Below, piece by piece: positions 30,095 to 40,131 of a stretch of DNA of 64,000 nt (position 1 is the first letter of the stretch; each line of letters starts with the position of its first letter). The DNA is from an uncultured cyanobacterium. Lineage in GTDB: Bacteria; Cyanobacteriota; Cyanobacteriia; Pseudanabaenales; Pseudanabaenaceae. Position numbers and translations under genes: made by a program. The stretch covers positions 4,192,001 through 4,256,000 of the forward strand of contig OY969811.1 in assembly GCA_963703315.1 (NCBI GenBank), read 5' to 3'. The notes below the pieces were generated by a model. That model was not told the DNA's origin and made no database searches. It was given only the letters and a program-made list of their open reading frames with translations.

Positions 30095-31204
30095 ATGTTC
30101 GGCTTAAAGTTTGGCGGAAAGTCTAAAAAAGGTATCGGAATTGAAATCACTTCCGAGAAAGTTAACCTAGTGCAATTGAAGCGTAAGGGGCAGTCCTCTT
30201 ACAAGCTATTGTCCTATGGTAGCGTTGAGCTTCCTGAAGGAACAGTTGAAGAAGGGCGTATTCTCGATCCCGTAGCGCTGGGCGAAGTAATTCGCAGTTT
30301 GCTGACGGAAAAGAAAATCAAGGTCAAGAAAGTTGCCACAGCTTTGCCAGGGCGTGAAACCGTTAGTCGCTTGATCCGATTACCTGCGGAAATTCCTGAT
30401 CTGGAATTGCGCGAAATGGTCTTGAATCAAGAAGCTAGTTTGTACTTACCTTTCCCTCGCGAAGATGCTGATGTGGATTATCAAAAATTGGGTACGGCTC
30501 TTGATGATGATGGCATCGAACGGATTGAAATCTTAATGGTGGCAACACCAAAAGAAGTAACAGATAGCTATATCCAAGCTTTGGAAATCGCCCAGCTACA
30601 GGTTGATGTTGTCGAGGTCAGCAGTTTTGCGCTAATTCGGGCAATGCACAATGAGCTAGCCAAATTTAGCACCTTAGCGGAAGCGGTGGCGATCGTGGAT
30701 ATTGAGTACGAAGCTACGGAAATTACCGTAACTGTTGATGGAGTTCCCCAATTTTCACGTACTTTCCCGATTGGCACGGCTCAGATTCAGAATGCTCAAT
30801 TACGGGCGATCAATTTGCCGCCACGACGGACAACGGATATGGAGATGTTGAGTTCCACCGTTGTCCCTGTGCAGTCGATGGACACCGCCAGTTTAGCGGG
30901 TGGTGGTAATACCCCAGGTGATGCTGCCATTATGCGTGTAGTTGGTGATCTATCCGATGAATTACGCCGTTCTATAGACTTCTATACTAGTCAGTCTCCA
31001 GGCTCAGATGTAGTACAGTTGTTGATTGCAGGACCTGGTGCTTGTATTGGTCAGTTAAATGAGTTCTTTAGTCAACGTCTTGGCATTGCGGCGATCGCAG
31101 TAGATCCACTAACGGCTATTGGTGTAACTGTTGATATTGATCTTCCTGTAGAGGAACGTATGTCATTGTCTATTGCTTTGGGTCTAGGTTTGAGGGAGGT
31201 TTAA
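30095..31204 (+). CDS. pilM: Type IV pilus assembly protein PilM
   Basis: Actin-like GIEIT, QEASLYLPFPRE, ELRRSIDFY, LGLGLR; first gene of pilMNOQ. Confidence 0.93.
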   Translation: MFGLKFGGKSKKGIGIEITSEKVNLVQLKRKGQSSYKLLSYGSVELPEGTVEEGRILDPVALGEVIRSLLTEKKIKVKKVATALPGRETVSRLIRLPAEIPDLELREMVLNQEASLYLPFPREDADVDYQKLGTALDDDGIERIEILMVATPKEVTDSYIQALEIAQLQVDVVEVSSFALIRAMHNELAKFSTLAEAVAIVDIEYEATEITVTVDGVPQFSRTFPIGTAQIQNAQLRAINLPPRRTTDMEMLSSTVVPVQSMDTASLAGGGNTPGDAAIMRVVGDLSDELRRSIDFYTSQSPGSDVVQLLIAGPGACIGQLNEFFSQRLGIAAIAVDPLTAIGVTVDIDLPVEERMSLSIALGLGLREV

Positions 31205-31213
31205 TAATAAAAG

Positions 31214-31924
31214 ATGTATATACTTGATATTAATTTTTTAAGCGATCGCGCTGCTGCTGAATCGCAAGCAGTAGAACGGCAGCCAATCGCTGATTCACAG
31301 TTCCTCATCTATGGTGGTGGTGTTGCAGTAGTTGCTCTCGCCTTAGTTGGTGGTGCATTTTTCTTCTTAAACTCAGCTAATGAAAATCTAAAGCAAGAAA
31401 TTTCTACTTTGACTGCTAAAGAAACTCAACTCAATAGCAGAATTACGGCTTTAAAAAGTCAAGAAACTCAATTACAGGCGATCGAATCGAGAACCGCCGA
31501 TCTCGTAAAGCTGTTTGTGGGTAACTTACCTGTGAGTGCGATCGCTGATGACATCAGAAAGCGTACTCCCTTAACAGTTCAAGTAGATTCAATTACCCAA
31601 GCACCTATACCTCCATCTCCTCAAAACCCAAATCCCACCTCAAGCATCACCCTAACTGGAAAAGCCACTAGCTACAACGAATTGAATGACTTTCTGTTAT
31701 TACTAAAAGCATCTCCTCTTTTAGAAGATAAAGAAACAAAGCTAGTTTCATCAACTTTGCAACAAGTGACTGCCGATAAAAACTTTACATTGGTTAATTT
31801 CCAAGTAAAAACGGCTCTTACTTCCAAAAGTCCTGCGGAAATATTGCCTGAACTTCAAAAAACAGGTGCAGATGGTCTAGTTACTAGAGTCAACCTATTA
31901 AAACAACAAGGAGTGATCAAATAA
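31214..31924 (+). CDS. pilN: Type IV pilus assembly protein PilN
   Basis: DINFL motif, TM helix, coiled coil, NDFLLLLKASP. Confidence 0.9.
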   Translation: MYILDINFLSDRAAAESQAVERQPIADSQFLIYGGGVAVVALALVGGAFFFLNSANENLKQEISTLTAKETQLNSRITALKSQETQLQAIESRTADLVKLFVGNLPVSAIADDIRKRTPLTVQVDSITQAPIPPSPQNPNPTSSITLTGKATSYNELNDFLLLLKASPLLEDKETKLVSSTLQQVTADKNFTLVNFQVKTALTSKSPAEILPELQKTGADGLVTRVNLLKQQGVIK

Positions 31925-31925
31925 A

Positions 31926-32687
31926 ATGACAAATGTTGGAGCTGCTTCGGGTATCGAAGATGGTGCAGCAGGTGGAGTCACCCTATTTGGTGTCACCTTT
32001 ACCTCAAAAATTTTAGGGATTCTGATCGGCGTTGCTGGAGTTGGACTAGCAGCCTATTTGGCTACTAACTCTGTTGTGCCAATTTGGGGTGAAATTCAGT
32101 CTGGACAGCAAAATATTGATAAAAAGAAATCTGGTATTGCGGCTCTAGAAGGGCAAGTGGCAAGTAAAGCTAACATTGCACAAAGAATTGAAGAAGCTAA
32201 TCAGCAAAATAAGTTTGTTCTCTCACTTTTGCCAAATGTAGACAACATTGATACGCTGATCCGTGATATTCAGGAGCAAATACCCAAGACTATTGTGATT
32301 GCTCTACCTCCTAATTTTTCCTATGAATTAGTAGGCACTTTACGAAACTTCCAGCCTAAAGACCGTGTTGAAAGTCCAAGTAAGCAATATTATATTTACT
32401 CTTTTACAATTGGTTTTGATGGCAAGTTTGAAGATGTACTCACTACACTTCAAAAAATTGAGCGTCTGAAGCCACTGTTAGCAGTTAAAGATTTAAAGTT
32501 AACTAAAAAGGCACTACCTATTACTAACTTCAAGTTCTCGGTGCCGATCGCTCCTGGTAAAGAAAAAGAGATTTTGGATATCTTGCCGCCGCTAATTGGT
32601 GCGGATTTCACCTTGGAGGCTTTTGTGCCTAAGACAGAAGAGGAGCTTAAGGCTGCTGCTGCCGCCGCCCCACCACCGAAGAAATAA
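31926..32687 (+). CDS. pilO: Type IV pilus assembly protein PilO
   Basis: TM helix plus coiled coil, IERLKPLL; gene order. Confidence 0.85.
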   Translation: MTNVGAASGIEDGAAGGVTLFGVTFTSKILGILIGVAGVGLAAYLATNSVVPIWGEIQSGQQNIDKKKSGIAALEGQVASKANIAQRIEEANQQNKFVLSLLPNVDNIDTLIRDIQEQIPKTIVIALPPNFSYELVGTLRNFQPKDRVESPSKQYYIYSFTIGFDGKFEDVLTTLQKIERLKPLLAVKDLKLTKKALPITNFKFSVPIAPGKEKEILDILPPLIGADFTLEAFVPKTEEELKAAAAAAPPPKK

Positions 32688-32960
32688 ATGAAAAGACAAA
32701 AACTGACCATCCATCTCAGATTTGATTTACTGAGCAAGATTCAAACAGGGATCAAGGTCAAATAATTTGGGTTGAATAAACAATCCTATTATTTTTTTTT
32801 GATTTAAAATTGACAAAGTATGGTATAATCTCGCACCATAATCGCGTCAATTCTGTCTTGGTTATGTCGTTCCCTTAGTTAGGGCATATTCAAGTTTCTA
32901 CAGATCTATTGCAAAGATTAAGTGTATTGAGTTCCGTTATGGAACAAGAGGAGTGTAATT

Positions 32961-35291
32961 ATGAATGTTAAGTTGAATGATCGGTTGAATGCGAAATTGA
33001 ATGGTAAGTCTTTGGCTTGCTGGTTTTTGATTGCCGCAAGTTGCCCACAGGTGTTGGCGATCCAAGCTCAAAATGCAACCCAAAATCCTGTTTCAATCAA
33101 CTCAACTACTGATGTGGTTGCGGTGGCTAGTCGGATTACGGATATCAATACGAGTGTGGCAGGCGATCGCCTAAATCTCACGTTGAATTTTGCCAGTAGC
33201 GATCGCCCTCAGGTTACCTATACGAAGCAGGGTAAGTCATGGGTGGCAGTACTAAATGGCGCACAGTTGCAGTTAGGCAATGGCAATGCTAGTTATACAA
33301 GGGCAAATCCGATCCCTGGCATTACTTCGGTGGAGGCGACCCAGTACGCTGCGAATAAAGTGCGGATTCGGGTCACGGCTAACGATCCAGAAAAGTTTAA
33401 AGATTTGATTAATCGTCAAGACACTGGCGATAGTTTGGTATTTAGTTTAGAGATGCAGCCCTCCACAAATCAGGCTAGTTCGATCTCATCAGCGAATGCC
33501 CCTGAATCTGGAGTGGTAAGCAATCAAAGTTCTTCTGAACCTAATAAAGTTTTGACTGCTCAAAATACTATTACTGATAATTCTTCCGTAGGAAAACCGT
33601 TATTTGAGCCAAAGGTGACAATTACTGCACCTGATGGTAAAACTCGCGTGGCTCAAAGCACTGCACCCAACTCAACACCGCCGCCTGTGGCTAATCCTGT
33701 GACTCCACAATTACAAGGTCGTATTCCAGGAGTTGTACCGCCTTTCCGCCAAATCAAGACTCCTCCTGTTGGTGATATTGCGACAACAACATCTAAACTC
33801 CGTCCTGATATTATCGATTTGGGTACGGCTGAGCGTGTACCGAGAATCACTTTACGGGAAGCCCCTGCGATCGAGGTTTTGACCTTAATCGGTCGTGTTG
33901 CTGGACTGAGTGTTGTCTCGGCTGAAGCTCCATCAACTACTGGTACTGGCACTACACCAACTGCTACTACTGCTACTTCTCGGACTGGATTAAAGCAGCC
34001 CGTCAGTCTCGACATTGAGAATGAACCTGCTCAAGATGTATTCAATAACATCTTGAGAATTTCTGGTCTAGAAGCAAATCGTATTGGCAATACAGTTTTT
34101 GTGGCAACTAAGCTACCTGTAACTTTGAAAAATCTAATTACAAAGAGTTATCGTCTCAATCAAATTACAACTGGTGAGGCATCAGCATACTTGATTGGCT
34201 TAGGTGCTTCTCGTGTTGTCAGTCGTCAAAGACCTATTCCTGGTGTTCAAACGGCAACACTTGGAACTGCGGCTCAGGCGATCGTAAACGTCACTACTGA
34301 AGCTGTACCAACCCTAGAAACTGTGACAGTCACTCCTGAGTCTGGAGCAACCCCATTACTAAGAGGTTTGCAAGTAATTGCAGAAGAACGTTCCAACTCT
34401 CTAACGCTGATTGGTTCACCCAAACAAGTGGAGTATGCTGAAGCACAAATTGCACGACTAGATTTGCGTAAACGTCAAGTTACGGTTAATGTTCGCGTTC
34501 TTGAAGTTGCTGTTAATAATGGACAGACTGTTGGCGGTGGTTTGACTACAGTTGGAGGCAATCCTACTATTACCCAAGGTCTTAGCGTTGATAGTAATAA
34601 TACACTTGGAATTTCTCTAATTAGTAGTAGTCCTATAACGCTACCAACATCACTTATTGCTTCTCTTACAGCATCAATTAGAAATGGGAATGCCAAAGTA
34701 CTGACAGATCCTAATCTAACTGTTCAAGAGGGCGAGACCGCTACAATCGCATTGACAGATCAGGTTATCAATAACATTACTTCTACCGTTACTCCTTCTA
34801 CTACTGTTGTCGGTCAGAATACCACTACGACTACAGCAACTTTTGCTCAGGTTGGTCTAACTCTAGCAATTCAAATTGAAAGAATTGATGACAATGGATT
34901 TATCAATTTGTCAGTTTCTCCAAGAATTGCAACACCTTTAGATGCGGTTCCGCTTACTTCTTCTTCTGGCACTAACTTTGTCGTCCCAATTTCTGAGAGA
35001 GTCTTAAACTCTGGTAGAATTCGCTTGCGTGATGCTCAAACATTGATTCTTTCGGGAGTTATTCGTGATTCTGACTCAGAATCAGTTGATAAAATTCCTC
35101 TTCTTGGAGACTTACCAATTATTGGTGCTTTATTCAGAAGAACGATTACAAGCAATAGACGTAGTGAGGTAGTTATTATTGTTACACCTCGAATTGTTGA
35201 TGACAGCCAAAATGCAACTTGGGGCTATACCTATCAGCCAGGACCAGAAGTTCAGAAGGTGATTGATAGCAATCAACGCAAGGTTCAATAA
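32961..35291 (+). CDS. pilQ: Type IV pilus secretin PilQ with N-terminal AMIN-like domain
   Basis: LDLRKRQVTVNVRVLEV, LRDAQTLILSGVI, KIPLLGDLPIIGALFR, EVVIIVTPRI. Confidence 0.92.
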   Translation: MNVKLNDRLNAKLNGKSLACWFLIAASCPQVLAIQAQNATQNPVSINSTTDVVAVASRITDINTSVAGDRLNLTLNFASSDRPQVTYTKQGKSWVAVLNGAQLQLGNGNASYTRANPIPGITSVEATQYAANKVRIRVTANDPEKFKDLINRQDTGDSLVFSLEMQPSTNQASSISSANAPESGVVSNQSSSEPNKVLTAQNTITDNSSVGKPLFEPKVTITAPDGKTRVAQSTAPNSTPPPVANPVTPQLQGRIPGVVPPFRQIKTPPVGDIATTTSKLRPDIIDLGTAERVPRITLREAPAIEVLTLIGRVAGLSVVSAEAPSTTGTGTTPTATTATSRTGLKQPVSLDIENEPAQDVFNNILRISGLEANRIGNTVFVATKLPVTLKNLITKSYRLNQITTGEASAYLIGLGASRVVSRQRPIPGVQTATLGTAAQAIVNVTTEAVPTLETVTVTPESGATPLLRGLQVIAEERSNSLTLIGSPKQVEYAEAQIARLDLRKRQVTVNVRVLEVAVNNGQTVGGGLTTVGGNPTITQGLSVDSNNTLGISLISSSPITLPTSLIASLTASIRNGNAKVLTDPNLTVQEGETATIALTDQVINNITSTVTPSTTVVGQNTTTTTATFAQVGLTLAIQIERIDDNGFINLSVSPRIATPLDAVPLTSSSGTNFVVPISERVLNSGRIRLRDAQTLILSGVIRDSDSESVDKIPLLGDLPIIGALFRRTITSNRRSEVVIIVTPRIVDDSQNATWGYTYQPGPEVQKVIDSNQRKVQ

Positions 35292-35331
35292 ACTTTCACA
35301 ATTTCTTTTTTCATTTACACTCCCTCTTATT

Positions 35332-35362
35332 TACAGTCTTGGTAATATTACCAAGACTGTTT
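35332..35362 (+). terminator. Intrinsic terminator after pilQ
   Basis: ACAGTCTTGGTAAT/ATTACCAAGACTGT hairpin followed by a T-run. Confidence 0.65.
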
Positions 35363-35428
35363 TTTATGTGAGTTCGTCTGATATTCTGAAATTTAAGCGA
35401 TCGCCACAATAGCAAAGGAGAAACATAA

Positions 35429-35884
35429 ATGACACAAGCAATTGTTCATAAATCTCTATACGAGTCCGATTTCTTGCTATGGACTCAAGACACCGTAGCC
35501 AAACTCAAGGCTAAAGATTTTGAGCATCTGGACTTAGAAAACTTAATAGAGGAGATCGACAGTTTGGGTAGGTCAGACAAAAAGGAGATTAAAAGTCGTC
35601 TCACAACATTGCTTGCACATTTGCTCAAGCGTATATATGTCAATATGCCTGACTGTTTTAATGGTTGGGAAAATACAATTGTTGAGCAACGAACTGAGAT
35701 CGAGTATACCTTGACCGATTCACCTAGTCTCAAAGCTTTGTGGAGCGATACTTTTGACATTGCATTTCGTAACGCATTGCGAAATGTAAAAAAGGAATAC
35801 TCCAAAAAAGGCTATCAAATTCCTGATACATGGCAGTTTGGGCGCGACATTGACACAATGCTAAATGTTGACTTCTGGGAATAG
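35429..35884 (+). CDS. DUF29 family protein (copy 1)
   Basis: LYESDFLLW...LDLENLIEEIDSLG...LLAHLLK...W.NTI.EQR...SPSL. Confidence 0.9.
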   Translation: MTQAIVHKSLYESDFLLWTQDTVAKLKAKDFEHLDLENLIEEIDSLGRSDKKEIKSRLTTLLAHLLKRIYVNMPDCFNGWENTIVEQRTEIEYTLTDSPSLKALWSDTFDIAFRNALRNVKKEYSKKGYQIPDTWQFGRDIDTMLNVDFWE

Positions 35885-36008
35885 CGATCGCCTTCGTTCT
35901 TACTCTTGCTGTGCCGTGACGACTCCCATCACTGAGAGCCTCTAAACAGGATTCGGCATGATATTTTAAAATTTAAGCGATCGCCCCACTAGCAAAGGAG
36001 AAACATAA

Positions 36009-36464
36009 ATGACACAAGCAATTGTTCATAAATCTCTATACGATTCCGATTTCTTGCTATGGACTCAAGACACTGTAGCCAAACTCAAGGCTAAAGATTT
36101 TGACCATTTAGACTTAGAAAACTTAATAGAGGAGATCGACAGTTTGGGTAGTTCCTACCGTGATGAGTTGGAAAGTCGTTTAGAAACCTTGTTGGCTCAT
36201 TGCCTCAAACGGCTTTATGTAAATATGCCTTACTGCTTCAATGGTTGGCAGAACACAATTAAGGAGCAACGCAGACGGATTGCTCTAAGACTAAGAAAAA
36301 TCCCTAGTCTTAGAGCAGCTTGGGATGAAATTTTTGATGATGCTTGGGAACTGGCTTTAGGCTCAGTTCGCGACCATTACGAGCCTAAAGGCTATCAATT
36401 CCCTGATACATGGCAGTTTGGGCGTGATATTGACACAATGCTAAATGTTGATTTTTGGGAGTAG
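36009..36464 (+). CDS. DUF29 family protein (copy 2)
   Basis: Same motifs; tandem duplicate with a 580-bp period. Confidence 0.9.
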   Translation: MTQAIVHKSLYDSDFLLWTQDTVAKLKAKDFDHLDLENLIEEIDSLGSSYRDELESRLETLLAHCLKRLYVNMPYCFNGWQNTIKEQRRRIALRLRKIPSLRAAWDEIFDDAWELALGSVRDHYEPKGYQFPDTWQFGRDIDTMLNVDFWE

Positions 36465-36520
36465 AGATCGCCTTGTTACACAAAAGCATTATTCCCTTCT
36501 CAAGAATAGGCATTATTAAG

Positions 36521-36567
36521 GTAAATCATTAGAGGGCGCGGCTCCGCCGCGCCCTCTAATGATTTAC
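36521..36567. terminator. Hairpin overlapping the alr stop codon
   Basis: GTAAATCATTAGAGGGCGCGGC-TCC-GCCGCGCCCTCTAATGATTTAC. Confidence 0.7.
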
Positions 36568-37719
36568 TGGTAAGTGATTAGCACATTTTTGTGAATAGGT
36601 ACTAACATTAATTCTTGGCAAACGATGCTTAAATCCACAGAGAATTTCCCAAGAAATTGTACCTAGCAAATTTGCCCAGTCATCGGCAGTATTTTCCGAA
36701 TCACCACCCAAAAATGTGACCTCATCGCCCACATTCACATTGGGAACATGGGTAACATCGATCGCACATTGATCCATTGTAATTGTTCCGATCTGCGCCA
36801 CCTTTTGCCCATTGACCGATACCCGAATCCGATTGGATAGACCGCGAGGAATGCCATCAGCATAACCGATCGCTACGGTTGCCATCGTCATATCCTGTGG
36901 GGCAATGAATGACCTTCCGTAACTCACACTTGTCCCTGTGGTGATGGTCTTAACTTGCGTAATCCGAGCTTTGACCGTAAGCGCAGGCATCAAATCCACA
37001 ATATTTTTGAGATGGGGCGCAGGATAAAGCCCGTAAATACCCAAACCAGTGCGGACAATATCGTAATGAATCTGGCGATCGCCTAACATCGCAGCAGTAT
37101 TACAAATATGAAGACGTGGTGGATAGATACCGTCAGCTTTGAGAGAGGTAATTACTTGCTCAAATCGCTGAGCTTGTAAATTCATGAAGGTTCGATCGCT
37201 GTCATCGGCAGTGGCAAAATGCGAGTACACACTCATGATTTCTAAATTAGGTAAATGCTGCACTAACTGCACAAAGGCGATCGCCTCTTGCCAATTCACA
37301 CCTAATCGCGACATCCCCGTATCGATTTTTAAATGCACGGTCACTCGTTCGTCAGTTTGTGAAAGCACTTCGTGGTAGATTAACGCTTGCTTTGCATTAG
37401 AAATTGTCGGTTGTAAACGATATTCCGCGATCGCCTTGATCTCATCAATGCCATTGGTCGCACCTAAAACCACAATGGTCGCCGTGATTCCTGCACGACG
37501 TAACTGAATGCCTTCAGGGATTGTGGCGACACCCAACCAAGTTGCACCAGCCTCGATCGCCGTTTGACTGACATCGATTGCCCCATGTCCATAGGCATCT
37601 GCCTTGACAATTGCCATTAATTCCGTAGGCGCGGTTAGCAAAGACTTTAACTGCTGCACATTATGTTTAATAGCTGAGAGATCGACTTCTACCCATGCTC
37701 GGTGGTTTTGCTTGAGCAT
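36556..37719 (-). CDS. alr: Alanine racemase
   Basis: AIVKADAYGHG, HLKIDTGMSRLG, SHFATAD, IGYADG, ITMDQ. Confidence 0.97.
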   Translation of the reverse strand: MLKQNHRAWVEVDLSAIKHNVQQLKSLLTAPTELMAIVKADAYGHGAIDVSQTAIEAGATWLGVATIPEGIQLRRAGITATIVVLGATNGIDEIKAIAEYRLQPTISNAKQALIYHEVLSQTDERVTVHLKIDTGMSRLGVNWQEAIAFVQLVQHLPNLEIMSVYSHFATADDSDRTFMNLQAQRFEQVITSLKADGIYPPRLHICNTAAMLGDRQIHYDIVRTGLGIYGLYPAPHLKNIVDLMPALTVKARITQVKTITTGTSVSYGRSFIAPQDMTMATVAIGYADGIPRGLSNRIRVSVNGQKVAQIGTITMDQCAIDVTHVPNVNVGDEVTFLGGDSENTADDWANLLGTISWEILCGFKHRLPRINVSTYSQKCANHLPVNH

Positions 37720-37861
37720 TACAGCGCACTCCTGATGCGATAAGCTGAAAACATGAAAATATATGATTCTTCGGCAAAAATACGCTTGCTGTTATACCAA
37801 GTTTCGTAACAAACTCAAAGTAACATCTCCGCTTTTCATCCTAATTTGCAGATAATAACCT

Positions 37862-39214
37862 ATGCGACTCATGCAACTTATCCAAAGTTTCATGCCTCAA
37901 GGCTGGCAGAACTATAGTCTTAGACAGAGCTTTAGGCAACTGTTGCGATCTCGCAAACGTTTTTTGTCATTTCTTTTTGTCGTTACTTTTGCCATCACGC
38001 TAATTTTACATAGCCTTATCCCTGCATTTCTAGTGAATGATCAGGCGATCGCGCAGATAAAACCACAGATAAAACTACTAGTCCCACAACTAAAGCAACC
38101 TGTTATTCCACCCAGTCCACCAATCAACCAACCCATAGACAAGCGCCAAGAGATTCGTGGCGTATGGCTGACTAGTAATGACTTTGCTATGTTTAGCGAT
38201 CGCAAGCAGCTTGGAGAATCTCTAAAACAACTAAAGCAACTAAACTTCAATACGATTTATCCAGTAGTTTGGAACTCTGGCTATGTGATGTATCCCAGTG
38301 CTGTGGCGACTGAGGCAGGTATTCAGCCCTTTGTCTATCGTGGTAATGAGGGACAGGATCTGATCGCCGACATCATCGCACAGGGACATCAAAATAATTT
38401 ATTAGTGATGCCTTGGTTTGAGTTTGGCTTCATGGCTCCTCCTACCTCAGAACTAGCGATCGCCCATCCCGATTGGCTTACCAAAGAACGCGATGGCGAT
38501 AATACTTCTGAGACTGCCGCAGGAGAAGTGGCATGGCTCAATCCTTTCCATCCTGAAGTCCAGAAGTTCTTAACAGAATTAGTCTTAGAAGCAGTCTCTA
38601 ACTACGATCTAGATGGGATTCAATTTGACGATCATACTAGTCTCCCGAAGACCTTTGGCTACGATCGCTATACTCTCAATCTCTATCGTCAAGAAATGAA
38701 GAGAGAGGCTCCCTCTGATGTGAATGATCCTGATTGGGTGCGCTGGCGAGCCAACAAGATCTCGGCGTTTATGTCAAAACTAAGTAAAGCCGTAAAGCAA
38801 AGAAAGCCTAACGCAATTTTCTCGGTATCTCCAAATTATTACGACTTTGCCTATAAGCAGCAGTTGCAAGACTGGCTAGGCTGGGTACGTCAAGGCTTTG
38901 TCGATGAATTGCTAGTACAGGTATATCGTTCTGACCTAGATGATTTTCGCTCTCAAGTCAGTCGTCCTGAAATTGTTGAAGTCCAAAATAAAATCTCTAC
39001 AGGTATCGGTATTTTATCGGGACTTCGCAATAGTAATGTGCCTATGTCTAGAGTTTATGCCCAAGTGATTACTGCTCAAGAGCGAGGCTTAGGGATTTCT
39101 TTCTTTTATTACAAGAGTCTCTGGGGCTATGGACCTGAACCAGAAAGCGATCGGCAAAAAGAAATTCAATATCTATTCCGTAATCCTGTCCCAAGGCTTG
39201 CGAATAGGAATTAA
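37862..39214 (+). CDS. Glycoside hydrolase-like family 10 (GHL10/DUF187) protein
   Basis: EIRGVWLT, FNTIYPVVWN, PWFEFG, WLNPFHPEVQ, YDLDGIQFDD. Confidence 0.88.
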   Translation: MRLMQLIQSFMPQGWQNYSLRQSFRQLLRSRKRFLSFLFVVTFAITLILHSLIPAFLVNDQAIAQIKPQIKLLVPQLKQPVIPPSPPINQPIDKRQEIRGVWLTSNDFAMFSDRKQLGESLKQLKQLNFNTIYPVVWNSGYVMYPSAVATEAGIQPFVYRGNEGQDLIADIIAQGHQNNLLVMPWFEFGFMAPPTSELAIAHPDWLTKERDGDNTSETAAGEVAWLNPFHPEVQKFLTELVLEAVSNYDLDGIQFDDHTSLPKTFGYDRYTLNLYRQEMKREAPSDVNDPDWVRWRANKISAFMSKLSKAVKQRKPNAIFSVSPNYYDFAYKQQLQDWLGWVRQGFVDELLVQVYRSDLDDFRSQVSRPEIVEVQNKISTGIGILSGLRNSNVPMSRVYAQVITAQERGLGISFFYYKSLWGYGPEPESDRQKEIQYLFRNPVPRLANRN

Positions 39215-39221
39215 TAATTTA

Positions 39222-39578
39222 TTAAGCTTGCCAGATACTAAGAATTGCGGCGGCGATTTTCTTAACGGGATCGATGAGGTTGGCGGCTTTGCTAATTACG
39301 CCTGTGAAGGCATCTAGCAGAATTGGGAGCATTCCCTTTTTCTGTGATGGGTCTTTGGCTGACATCGCGCCAATTTGGTTGAGATATTCGAGAGCTTTTT
39401 GTTTTTCGGGTTCACCAAGTTCTGAGGAGCTTTCGACGGCTTTTTGGAGTTGTTCGAGGAGGTCAGATAGTTGTGGTGCTTCGGGTTGGTTGGTTTCGCG
39501 GAGTTGTTGGACAGTGCCGCTAATGTCGCGACCAGCTATACCTTGTTGATCTTTGCCGCTAACGCCTAAGTTATGGAG
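39222..39578 (-). pseudogene. Start-less 118-codon remnant: C-terminal helical domain of the type seen in cyanobacterial pentapeptide-repeat proteins
   Basis: Manual translation: LHNLGVSGKDQQGIAGRDISGTVQQLRETNQPEAPQLSDLLEQLQKAVESSSELGEPEKQKALEYLNQIG...AILSIWQA*. Preceded directly by an in-frame TAA. Confidence 0.65.
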
Positions 39579-39665
39579 TTAATATATTTGGCACACCAAG
39601 CCTAATTTTTTAGGCTTTTTTCATAAATGAAGCTAGGTTTGAAATGATTGTAAATCTGTAAAAAC

Positions 39666-40130
39666 TTAATTTGTACTCGACAAACTTGGACGTATAACCC
39701 AGTTACATTTATCCCTAATTTGTTTCTTCTTGCTCTCAGTTTTCTTGCAAACCACTTGAGCGTGATTAGAGTGCTGAGATTCTCCTGTACGGCTTGGATG
39801 AGGATCATGTATTATCTCAAATCCCAACTCAATCATCAAACTTGCAGAAATTGATACAACACCCACGAACTTACTATTGTTAGCAAGAACTTCTGCAATA
39901 TCAATTTCTGGAAAATTAGGAGAATCAACATAAACTGACAAACCATAATTATCAAAGTCAGAAGGAGTTGGCTTATTTGTATTAGTGTCTATCTTGTTCT
40001 GCATCACAAGCCTATATAAAATAGCTTGACTATCAATTACAAGTGGTTGCCAGCCATTATCAACAAATATCTTATGCCTTGCTTCTATTTCTGCTAAGAC
40101 CTCATCACATGACTTAGGATAGCGCCCCAC
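39666..40130 (-). CDS. Putative ADP-ribosyltransferase/RES-like fold toxin
   Basis: LYR...P.PSDF...GLSV...HDP...HAQV pattern; last gene of a tight three-gene operon. Confidence 0.55.
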   Translation of the reverse strand: MGRYPKSCDEVLAEIEARHKIFVDNGWQPLVIDSQAILYRLVMQNKIDTNTNKPTPSDFDNYGLSVYVDSPNFPEIDIAEVLANNSKFVGVVSISASLMIELGFEIIHDPHPSRTGESQHSNHAQVVCKKTESKKKQIRDKCNWVIRPSLSSTN

Positions 40131-40131
40131 A

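Noticed and set aside
32810..32829. TTGACA...TATAAT upstream of pilQ as a consensus promoter
   Set aside because: The spacer is only 8 nt. At most an extended -10 (TGGTATAAT) is plausible.
32688..32960. Missing pilP between pilO and pilQ
   Set aside because: pilMNOQ without a recognisable pilP is normal in cyanobacteria, and there is no ORF in the gap.
39274..39549. 91-aa plus-strand ORF
   Set aside because: Antisense shadow of the minus-strand gene remnant at 39222-39578.
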